Shown here: in pieces, positions 1 to 10,598 of the stretch | Position numbering within the stretch: position 1 is the first letter of the stretch | Layout of the letters: each line of letters opens with the position of its first letter | Assembly (NCBI GenBank): GCA_973895155.1 | Contig: OZ316892.1 | Span: 12,464,238 to 12,528,237 of the forward strand | DNA from: Marsupella aquatica | Taxonomy: Eukaryota; Plantae; Marchantiophyta | Direction of reading: 5' to 3' | DNA: 64,000 nucleotides | Notes under the pieces: model-generated | Told to the model about the DNA's origin: nothing | The model's input: the letters and a program-made list of their open reading frames with translations, nothing else | The model's database searches: none | Program-made: the position numbers and the translations under genes

Positions 1-352
1 TACAGATCAGAAGAGATGACTTGAGATACTGTGTCATACTTGTATTGCAACAAAGATCTTATCCATAGATATAATCTTATACTCTTCGTAGGCCAGCTGT
101 TTTTGCGTTCGCATGTAACTATAGTCTTTGCAAGTCCCTAACCGGTGGATAAATTGAAAACACAACTATCACGAGGATGCTATCTATGTGTCTAAGAGCT
201 TTTATTTTTTAGAAACATACTCAGCGCACGGTAATCTTATAACTCTTTGCTGAGACTAACATACTCATTGTAACCATAAGAACACATATCCAATAGTCTT
301 AAACCAATAAACACCCACATAGAAAAAGACCAGATCAAGAGCATTCTTGTAC

Positions 353-2181
353 CTCTTCTCCAATAATGAAGACTTTGCTGTCTGCAGACATTTCTTCCTC
401 AATGGCAGAATTTAGGGCATCGCGCACATTCATCTGTTCGAAGAACAAAAGCTCGTCAATTCCTCACCAAGTGTGCTTCAGTCAGCAGGTTCAAATCACA
501 ATTAGCGAACATTGCAGCATTTCGAAAACCAAATCCGCCATCCAATATCTATATTTTTACGGTGATGCCCCCACAAGACAGTAATAAACTGCTACATAAG
601 ATCAGTCTGGTGAGTCGGTGTAGAACGTTTACACCTTCCAAGCGAAATCAGTATAGAGGGCAGTTTCTAAGGACCTGAAATTTACTAAAAAGTCGATCCT
701 CAGTAGGTAACTTAGTCGGAAACATCTAAAGATTTGTTTTTCTACTTCGACCACGGTGACCTAGATTGAGGAGTCCCTGACACGCCTCACAACTGGAATA
801 GCAGAACTCGACCGCTGGACAATCTAATATAATACATGAATTGAATTGTCCGCTTCATGCTCTCTCCGACGACATGCAGGTCAGTGCATGCCCCCACTAA
901 ACTTGTCAGGTTCCACTAAAATCCCGCCTCTACGAGCCAGTGAGAAAGAATTGCCCACATGTTCAATTACCTAGAGACCTCGCGAAATAGAAAACTGATC
1001 GTAGTCCTTCCAGACAAACACTGAAGGATGAGTGTCCTATCCCGTGGGAATCTACTCGATGCGGGTTCGTACCTCTCCTGACCTAGGAGAAGTAGCTTTG
1101 GGCTTGGATTTGGAATTGGGCTCTGAAGGAGCGTGGCTTCGCTCTTCTGAGCAAGAAGGATCAGATGCTTTGGACTTGGGCTTTCCGAAGTCCAGTTTAA
1201 AACAGGTAGATACAATCTGCGGCTGCAAATCAAGATGAGTGAGGAACAGCAAGCAATAAATTTCTGTTTACCTCTTAGACTTCCTTTTCGGATATTAATT
1301 ACAAACCTTCGGCCACTATTTCGCTGATAGTCTAAATGTTTGACAACTAACCAACCCACCACCGCATCCGACGGTTAAGTCATCACGAATTCTTATGGAT
1401 CGGTACTTAAACGGAAATCGTAAGATCAGAGGTTCAATTCTTAGCCTGAACACTTCTTAGCCGCTCGAATCACATCGTTTTCCCTATCCTGGGAAATAAT
1501 TAGCAATGCTCTAATTCACTGAGGCCTCGTTCGTGTGTTAAGGCCTGAATCCCCGTCTCCACCCACCTCGGAAGCATATCTTCTGCTACCAGTCGACCAC
1601 GATGCAGCAGCGGATTGCTCCAGCCCATTGCCGGATTTCTGCACGGAAACCGACTCAGATGTCACGTCACAACTCGTTCTCTCTGGGGCAAAGTACAATC
1701 ATGCAACTCAATAGCCAGCCACCCACAGCCATGCGAAGTACAAAACAACCAAAATAGATCTATCGTTGCACTTCCGAACCCAACCAAGCGGGCAAACCAA
1801 TCAAACACTAAAATCTAAACCAGCCTTGAAACATCCTAATCAAAGATTTGCGCCCCGCCCCCCGAGTATCCATCGCCTTGCAAGCAGGAACAACAACAGC
1901 CCCACTCCGTAACCCTTCACCACCGCCCGTATCTGCTACACCAAACTCAGTGAATGAAACCATCCCAACCAGTTTTAAAAACCCTCTTCCCTCTTTCTTC
2001 CGCCCAGAGGCAGCCAAAACACCGACTCCAGTCCAGAAAAAACGCCAGCAAATTCGAAACAAAAGAACGAAAATGCGACCGACAGAAAGCCAAGCGAACA
2101 GAGGAAGGTGAGCAGCCAAACCAGAAATTGGAATAAAGTCGACCGCGTTTCGGCAGATCGCCTGCCCAGTGCCCTCAGCAT
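353..2181 (-). CDS. PDHB: Mitochondrial pyruvate dehydrogenase E1 beta subunit, 5' part (exons 2181-2122, 1638-1567, 433-353; remainder lies beyond the left edge)
   Basis: Hand translation of the GT-AG bounded exon 433-353 gives [27 protein letters not shown], the conserved E1-beta N-terminus. Two upstream phase-0 exons give an Arg/Ser-rich presequence, [20 protein letters not shown]|[24 protein letters not shown]. The exon 1 donor is the least certain boundary. The gene is missed by the ORF track. Confidence 0.9.
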
Positions 2182-2858
2182 CTCGGCACACTTTGCAAGA
2201 TAGACAAATTGGCCCCGAACGAAAACGCAATGCACGTCCACACACGCACAGAGAGCTTCGAGACTGGCTGGCGCTCCTTGCAACAATCTCGCAGCCAACA
2301 GCAGACGCACTCTCGCTCCGCGCTTTTGATCTCCAAGCTCACCAAGCTCTCACCAAGCTCACCAAGCTCCCCGTCTCTGCGAGTCTTTCCCTGCGTGGGC
2401 GAGCTATCGGCAGAAACGCGAGGCGAAAGAATAATTGGAAGAGTGGCACGATGCAGGCAGAGGAGAGGGAGGTTGGCGAGTGACACCATCGCCCCTGCCA
2501 ACTGCGCCAGGACCAGGGCCAGGGCCTGGGGCCACGATCTGCGTCGGCCGTCGGTGGCCACTCGGGGGCCAGGAGTCGCAGAACCGACACTTGCCGGTCT
2601 TCCGGAAGTTCTTTGCCCCATCCACGCCAAGTGCCGGTACTTCGAGAAATCAGTGGCCCGGGGAATGATGAAATGTCCAATTTTACTCTTTTCCTCTCTT
2701 TTTGTCCCCTTCCTTGGGTTGTTTTGCTTTTTTCCCCTCTTTTCATCCCTTTTCAATGGGTTGTTTTGCCTTTGGTATCATGTCTCCGGGTTAGGTGTTT
2801 TTTGCCTTTGTGCAATCTTATTTATTTATTTATTTATTTTACTTTCTGCAACGGTCAA

Positions 2859-3108
2859 GGGTGTTTTCTCAGAATAATTTGTAAATACTTTGTCACTAAA
2901 GATGTTGTAATTGACAATATTGTCACTTTTTTTTTGTATTTATAAAAGTACCACAGCTTTTGTATATGGATGACAAGTTTACCAAGGTAACAGGGGAACT
3001 ATATACTAAAACTGTGGCATATATGTAAAATACAAATAAAACAATGGCAGTATATTGTAAATTCAAACATCTTTAGTGGCAATGTATTTAAAAGCTGTTC
3101 CCCGAAAA
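2859..3108. mobile_element. Fold-back/MITE-like element (imperfect inverted repeat, arms of about 105 bp)
   Basis: The left arm (…TAAATACTTTGTCACTAAAGATGTTG…CCACAGCTTTTGTATAT) is the imperfect reverse complement of the right arm (ATATACTAAAACTGTGG…AACATCTTTAGTGGCAATGTATTTA…) around a spacer of about 30 bp. It is AT-rich and non-coding. No clear TSD. Confidence 0.7.
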
Positions 3109-3383
3109 AAAAATTGATGGATATGAAAATGCTTGTCGGCACACTCATGACTAGGGTGTTTCAAATACAATTAGTTCGTGGACCCCCACCTGGTTTGATT
3201 GAGATTGAAAAGTAGATAGTTATTGATATAAACAAATGTGTTAAAAAGTAGATAATTATTGATATAGATAAATTAATGTGTTAGACAATGGGTATCTTTA
3301 TTGGGACTAGTCAATTTGTTTTTGCATGATACACCATAGTGTTCTGAAAAATAAAATTTTGTACTACATCATGGAAACAACTG

Positions 3384-4500
3384 TCACATTGCGTTGAATT
3401 TTTGCTTGGATGTAGTGGGTTCTTCCGTTGTTGTTTGGGCAAGGACATTCGATAGCAGCCCCTGGTCGCTGCTCCTCCTCAGTCTGTCGATTAGGGACTG
3501 AGATTGCTGATGTGTCAGCCCTACCAGCATATCAAGTGTCATCTTGAAATCATGTCTCAATCTGGTCAGTTGCTCTAGACGAGCTCCCTTTGTGACTTGG
3601 ATGTATTCACGCATCCTGTCCTTGTAAGTGAGCTGGTCTTCCTCGAAAGGAATTGCCATGTACCTAAGAATCTCCTTCATGACACCTGCATTTGTTTTCA
3701 ACACGGAGTTAGTGCTTAATGTGCGCATGAGATGGTCTAATTCATTTGTTTTGGGTTTTCTCTTTGTGCTTACTAGTTGCTGGCTTATCTCGGTAATGGT
3801 CGTAGAAGTCGGCCTTGAACACTTTCCTCTCTTTGATCATTTTTGACAGTTTTCTCCTATCGATCCCGTTTAGCATCTCAATTGTCTCGATTCCGAGACC
3901 GTTGCCGAAAGAAATTTGTTTAGCCGTGACCTCCAAGTTCTCAGTCCTGAAGTCATCTGACGGCAACTCGCCAGAATCTTACTAGCTTTCCTGCTCAATA
4001 ATGTGCATCCAGGCAAATTAATACTATCACAAAGCTATCTAGACCAAGGTACAATTTATAAGTGAGTACACAGTATGTTAGACCACAAACGATTGCTCTT
4101 GAGAGCCGCTCTCGAACACAGATTGATTAATTTAGTCTTGTACTCACCGCTCTACTGCGAAGAGGCCGCCTGGTTCGTGGCCGTAGCGAGGCCAGATTTG
4201 TGGAAACGAGAAGTCCTTCGTGGGGATGTAGTTTCGCTTCCAGCGGCTGGCAGGGCAGATAATCTGAATCGTTGACCTTTTTCAACTGGATGTGTGAAAA
4301 CACATTGAGGTTTGATCAGAAAGAACAACTCATCTTCCCAACAATTGATTGCACGAGACGCCGTATTGTAAGCATTCAGTCAGCTGGTTCAATTCCTCTT
4401 TAAAGGAATGGAGCCCTGTTCAATGAACATGGCACTTCCAACAGCCACTGCAGAGTCGTCTCAAGAATTCTTCTTTGGATTCATTCTACATTGGGAAAAC
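3384..4500 (-). pseudogene. Probable degenerate spliced gene or TE-derived relic of unknown family
   Basis: Protein-like overlapping frames (3966-3742 and 3728-3384) are offset by a frameshift. There is a consensus donor GCG|GTGAGT near 4147 and an acceptor near 3991. The upstream frame is interrupted by several TGA stops. No domain recognised. Confidence 0.35.
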
Positions 4501-7500
4501 CCTCCATGTTAGTGTTGGATGGATCATGCACGCTTCAGAATTGGTCTTGCATATCTTGTGAGGGTTTGAAACTTGTTGATCCTTGGCACATTTGAAAGTT
4601 TTGGTTGGTCAACGATTGATCAGTCGGTAAGCGGTCTTTCCTCAATGCCTGCTTCCAGAATGCAATGTATACACTATACGGTAGGTGGACTTGCAGATTG
4701 CCGAGAGAGAGAGAGATCGATGGCAAAAGAATCTTCGATCCTGGAAGCAGAACACAAGAAAAAGAAGAGCAGCATTGAATGATTGATTGAAGGCAATAGG
4801 AACGACACACAGCAGGTTACCCAAAGCAAGAACAAGGGAACAGCAGGAGAAAGCAAAATTGCGAACAATTTATAAGGACCAGGATGGAAACGAAATGAAG
4901 AATCTGACTTACCCTACAACAGGAGGAGTTACTAGTTCATCAAGATGTTATTCATTTAGTCTATTTAATTCATTACTTAATTACTATTGGTTATTTATTG
5001 GGGAATTGAACCATAAAGAGGGTGGGCAGTCGGTTATTCGGGGTTAAAAAAACGGTTACGAGTCTATGACTACTTCAACATTCTGTTACCTAGAGTAAAT
5101 AAAACGGTTACTTTTAAAACAGTTTTATATCAAGTTTTACGGCATGGCGTCCTTGATTTTACCAAAATCATTTCACAAACATGAATGTTGAAGCAAATTT
5201 TATTTTGTAATCCAATATATACCTGTTTGTGGCGCATCTCAATGATGTGGCGCGCTGTGGTGCCAGGAAGTTTGGAAGGGACCTCTAGTGGGGTCCGTAA
5301 TGAATTTTTGCTCACCTTGTGATTTTCACACACTGCCGCGACCACTCTCAAATCTGAGAGCCTAAAAATATCACTGCCCGGCTATACCCAGTTTCAGTGC
5401 ACCCAAGTGCGTCGCATGCTAATACTAGGGCCTTAATACATTTAAAGGCTTAGGAGATTTCTAATTTCACTGATTTCTTTAGTAAAAAGATGATCCAAAT
5501 CTTAAGTAGCATCCTTATCCATAGATGCCGTGAAAACCACAAAGAGAAAATCAGGAAGAACATACAAATGCATAATGTAAAATACTCTATTCATAGGCAT
5601 TGTTAGTCTTTGAGAATTAGGTTGGTAATACCCTGGGTGCAACAAACTTATGCAACTACTACTTCTTGGTGGGTTTTGGGGTTCTTGTGTGGTAAGGGAA
5701 GTACTTATAACTGGTGGTAAGTGAGTTTAGGGCCAACCGCAATTGTCATGGCCAAGAGTCAAAGAACTGACCTTCGGGATCCTGTCTCCCCGTCGGGCCA
5801 TCAGGTGCTTTTTGTTCTTTGGCAGTGTGATATGTGAAATTGAATGTCAAAGTTTACTAATAAAAAAACTTTGGAAAGTTGGAAGAATGTGAATGAGTGA
5901 CAATGTAAAGGGTGTCACCATGCATGAAGATTGTATGGTTCATGAGCTTGGTCCATCTTGGCTCCAGATCCAGTTGACACCACATGTTTCGGCCCCCAAA
6001 TGAGGGTTTAGCCAAAATTTTAGGGAACAACATGGCCCACAATGCCTTTAACCAGACTGTATACACTTGAGTGAGTTTTGGGAAAAAGTAGAATCCCATG
6101 GATTAAGGTCATGCAAGAGTGTGAAAGGAGAAGGCCATTTGCGTGTTAGATTTGCCTAGATTTATGGGTCATTGAATAATTCACTCCTCTAAGCAAGGTA
6201 TGTCAGTTACTATAATACCAAATCCAGCTTTTTTTGTAGCATTGTCGATTTATAAAGAGGTTTGGGCAGGAATGATCAAAGGCCATTCGATCTTCTGGCA
6301 TTTTTTCTAAACCGTTTGATCACAAAATCGACCACCTCTATGCACCCTCCTGCTTTGCTAAGGAGGACAGATTCTCCCACGGAAAGGTGAGGATAGTATT
6401 TCACCTCGGTCCTGGAGAGGACCATACCATCAATACTAGCTTGCCTTCCCATGCCCTTGATCATCCTGTTGCCTCAACAACTGTGCAACAAGTACAATCC
6501 TCCTTTCCTTATTCCTTTGCCCGGCTATTTGTTTTCATTCTGTTTTCTTCTAAAGATTGGTAACAAGTATAATCCTTCTTCCCTTATTCATTTGCCCAAG
6601 CGTTTGTTCTCTCTCTATTTGTTTTAAGGATTAATTTTATTCTTTTAAAGGAAAGACACATGGGGAAACTCTCCAACAACACAAGGCAACCAACATTCTT
6701 TTTCTAGATCCTTTTTTCTAGCATCCCTGACACCTTCTTCTCTTTCTCTTTCTTTTTTTTTAGAAGAATGAACACATGGCAAAGTTTCCACCAACAAAAG
6801 GTGCAACCCAAACCTCTTCTTTTTTAGAGGGGTGAGGGGTTTGTGTTTTCTTGGGAAGGTAGGCTTTTTTTCTAATGGTCTAAAATTGTTTTCATCTTAT
6901 AAACATAGTGTGTTTAGGGTTGGTTATTGTCTATTCACCCTAGCCCCTCCCACATTGCATTTATTTTGGAGGGGTGGGGGATTGAATTTCATGGCAAATC
7001 ATCCACCATCCTCTCACTTTGCATTGCATTGGCCCACCATTCAATTGGTTCTCCCATATTTTTACATTTCTATTTGGGTCATTCATTTTATGTCTCCCTC
7101 CTCTGCCCCCAATGGGTTGTTTTCCTTCCCTATTCATCAAACTTCTGCCCTCCAGTGCCTGATTGGGTTGAACCTTTGGGCTCTCCCCCTGAGGCAATAT
7201 GTTGTCCCCAGATTGTATTTTGGGCTCCGCCCCCCCTTCCTTTTTGAAAGAAAAACAAAAAACAAACTTCTGCCCTTGCCACAGTCTACATATATTTTGC
7301 CAGTTTTCTCCCATCTTCTTCATTGCCAACGTGGACCCCAAAAGCAAGATTTATATCATTATAACAACAGTTTCAATTGACAACACTTCCATGCAACACC
7401 ACTTTTGCTCGAAAATTGTTATTCTCAACAAGTTCTTGGTTTGACGGTACTTTTAAAGTTACTATTCAACTACAATCTTCTTGCCACCACAACTCTCTTG

Positions 7501-7873
7501 AAAACACTTCCGCTTTGAAACCACTTTCACTCAACAACACTTCCTCTCAATAGCATTGACCCAAAGGCAACGACAACTTTGTGCAAGGCATCGGTATAAT
7601 TGAGTCTTACCTAATGGTTGTTAGCGGTATTGAGCCTCACCTTAACATTGCTGCCTCACCCTCAGCCCACATCTAAACTTGCCTTTGTATTTTGGCCTTG
7701 CCCCGACATCTTTGCCTCAACCCAACATCTTTGCCTCGCCTCAACGTCTTATGTGCAACGCAAGTTCATTGGGCTAGTGTTATAGAAATGCTCTAAAAAA
7801 CACAAAGCCAAAATCGCAAAAGTCTTTAGGTATATAGTAAAGTTCTGTTTACAGGGCATTGTGTCCCCCAAAC

Positions 7874-8166
7874 TGTTAGGAATTGACTCTAGTTCCCGAC
7901 ATAGTTAGCTTGGCCTTACTAGGGTTAGTTAACCCTAGATTACATTAGGATAAGATCCGCTTCGTTTAGGCCCACTCATCTTGGCCCCCTTGGGGGGTAT
8001 AGGCTGGAGGGAGAACACTCTCTCCCTCATTCTTCACATGTACTCTCATTTGCTATGGAGCCTTCAGGAGTTTCTCCACTCGGGGTGTCTCGTCGGTGTA
8101 GCGTCTGAATGAGTCTCTCTCATGTTTCCGCATTGCTGTCTAGTCTGGAGCCGACGGTTTCTTACA
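7874..8166. mobile_element. Solo LTR, 293 bp, copy 1
   Basis: Starts TGTTAGGAAT and ends GTTTCTTACA (TG…CA, imperfect terminal inverted repeat). Flanked by the 5-bp direct repeat CAAAC (7869-7873 and 8167-8171). A homologous copy lies inverted at 26586-26878. Confidence 0.85.
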
Positions 8167-9111
8167 CAAACAAGGTGTCACACCATTCTAGGTAGTGTTA
8201 GAGTGTATCGTACTATCTAGATCCGTATGTTTGGTATGTGTGCTATATGAGCCGATAAGGTTCCGTTAGGTTTGTGTGAGAGGGTACTTCTCTCTTGTTA
8301 GGCATTGAAAGGTTATCTTTCAATGTTGAGCCTTGGAGAGGGGAGCTTGTGTGGTGGCTATGGTGGCTGAGAGCTCTCTCTATGTAGCATGGATTCCTTG
8401 AGTGCAAGGTGCATTGGCTTGACATACATGTGTGATCGGATCGGTGCGGGATCGATGGGGTATTGTTGACCAGGATCGTTGTGCCGATTGTTGAGAAGAT
8501 TATTGTGGGTTTTGGGTATGTGTGGACATGAGTTCCACTTGTATTCCATTCTCTTGTGTTTGTGATGTGGCAGTGTGACTATGTCTGGATGTATGTGACA
8601 AACGATGTATGTTGTGTAGCGATGTGTATGCGCACGACATGTTAAATGATGTTGTGTTTGAGTTAAAAGTATTTTTTCTTATAGAGACAAAAAAATTCCA
8701 GTTTTGAACACATCGCCATGGTGTTGTGTAGGGGGGAAGAAAGTAGTATGTCTAGGGGCAAGGGACAGAGTTGGACCTTGAAATGATGAAGGGCCAATTT
8801 CACAAAAAAGCAACAAGATTGACCCCCACTTGTGGCTAATTGTGATGCTTTTGCACATGAATACCCATGGAAGCAGCTACTAGTGCTTTGAAATGCCTCC
8901 TGGCTATGGCAAACAATGGCAATTCAAAAGTGCCATAGAGTAATACTTATACAATTGCAATAATAGCTTGCACTTGAAAATCATGGAAGGAAACATCATA
9001 GCTATGAAAAGCCTCCTGGCAATGGCAAACACTGGCAATTCCCATATTAGGCATCTGGACCACCTACCTTCGATTCACGTATCCTCCATTTCTACAGCTT
9101 CTTAATTTTAA

Positions 9112-10598
9112 CATCTCAAGAAATGGACACCAAATTGTCAAAACTTGGCCTCCCAGTCCAGTCTAGTGAACGTGCTTTTAGGTGCAAGCTTCTCCTTACT
9201 TTAAAGACCTCGAGAATGGACAACCAAATTGTCAAAACTTGGCCACCAAGTCCAGTCTAGTGAACATGCTTTTAGGTGCAAGCTTCTCCTTACTTTAAAG
9301 ACCTTGAGAAATGGACAACCAAATTGTCAAAACTTGGCCTCTTAGTCTAGTCTAGTGAACAAGCTTTTAGGTGCAAGCTTCTCCTTAATCTAAACACCTC
9401 AAGAAATGGACACCACATTGTCAAAACTCAGCCACCCAGTCCAGTCTAGTAACATGCTTTTAGGTGCAAGTTTCTCCTTACTTTAAAGACCTTGAGAAAT
9501 GGACAACCAAATTGTCAAAACTTGGCCTCTCAGTCCAGTCTAGTGAACATGCTTTTAGGTGCAAGCTTCTCCTTACTTTAAAGACCTCAAGAAATGGACA
9601 ACCAAATTGTCAAAACTTGGCCTCTTAGTCTAGTCTAGTGAACAAGCTGTTAGGTGGAAGCTTCTCCTTAATCTAAACACCTCGAGAAATGGACACCAAA
9701 TTGTCAAAACTTGGCCACCCAGTCCAGTTTAGTGAACATGCTTTTAGGTGCAAGCTTCTCCTTACTTTAAAGACCTCGAGAAATGGACACCACATTGTCA
9801 AAACTTGGCCTCTTAGTCTAGTCTAGTGAACAAGCTTTTAGGCTGAAGCTTCTCCTTAATCTAAACACCTCGAGAAATGGACACCAAATTGTCAAAACTT
9901 GGCCACCCAGTCCAGTTTAGTGAACATGCTTTTAGGTGCAAGCTTCTCCTTACTTTAAAGACCTCGAGAAATGGACACCACATTGTCAAAACTTGGCCTC
10001 TTAGTCTAGTCTAGTGAACAAGCTTTTAGGCTGAAGCTTCTCCTTAATCTAAACACCTCGAGAAATGGACACCAAATTGTCAAAACTTGGCCACCCAGTC
10101 CAGTTTAGTGAACATGCTTTTAGGTGCAAGCTTCTCCTTACTTTAAAGACCTCGAGAAATGGACACCACATTGTCAAAACTTGGCCTCTTAGTCTAGTCT
10201 AGTGAACAAGCTTTTTGGTGCAAGCTTCTCCTTAATTTAAAGACCTCGAGAAATGGACACCAAATTGTCAAAACGTGGCCACCCAGTCCAGTTCAGGGAA
10301 CATGCTTTTAGGTGCAAGCTTCCCCTTACTTTAAAGACCTCGAGAAATGGACAACCAAATTGTCAAAACTTGGCCTCTTAGTCTAGTCCAGTGAACAAGC
10401 TTTTATGTGCAAGCTTCTCCTTAACCTAAACACCTCGAGAAATGGACACCAAATTGTCAAAACTTGGCCACCTAATCTAGTCTAGTGAACATGCTTTTAG
10501 GTGCAAGCTTGTCCTTAATCTAAACACCTCGAGAAATGGACACCCAAATTGTCAAAACTTGCCCTCCTAATCTAGTCTAGTGAATATGCTTTTAGGTG
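9112..10598. repeat. Tandem array of a ~94-bp unit, 16 copies (last one partial), with higher-order periodicity
   Basis: The AATGGAC motif recurs every 94-95 bp from about 9121 to about 10534. Consensus is approximately ACCTCGAGAAATGGACACCAAATTGTCAAAACTTGGCCACCCAGTCCAGTCTAGTGAACATGCTTTTAGGTGCAAGCTTCTCCTTACTTTAAAG. There are no unique spacers. Confidence 0.97.

Noticed and set aside
1808-2945. Overlapping 100-220 aa ORFs on both strands
   Set aside because: These fall in the GC-rich promoter, first exon and intron of PDH-E1beta. There are no recognisable domains, and the low stop density is explained by composition.
9112-10598. CRISPR-like array
   Set aside because: Units are contiguous 94-bp repeats with no unique spacers, there are no cas genes, and the context is eukaryotic.
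9112-10598. Tandem hammerhead ribozymes or a coding repeat
   Set aside because: The unit has GAAA and a TGGAC/GTCCA stem but lacks CUGANGA (it has CTAGTGA) and the UH site. The 94-bp period is not a multiple of 3 and there is no long ORF.
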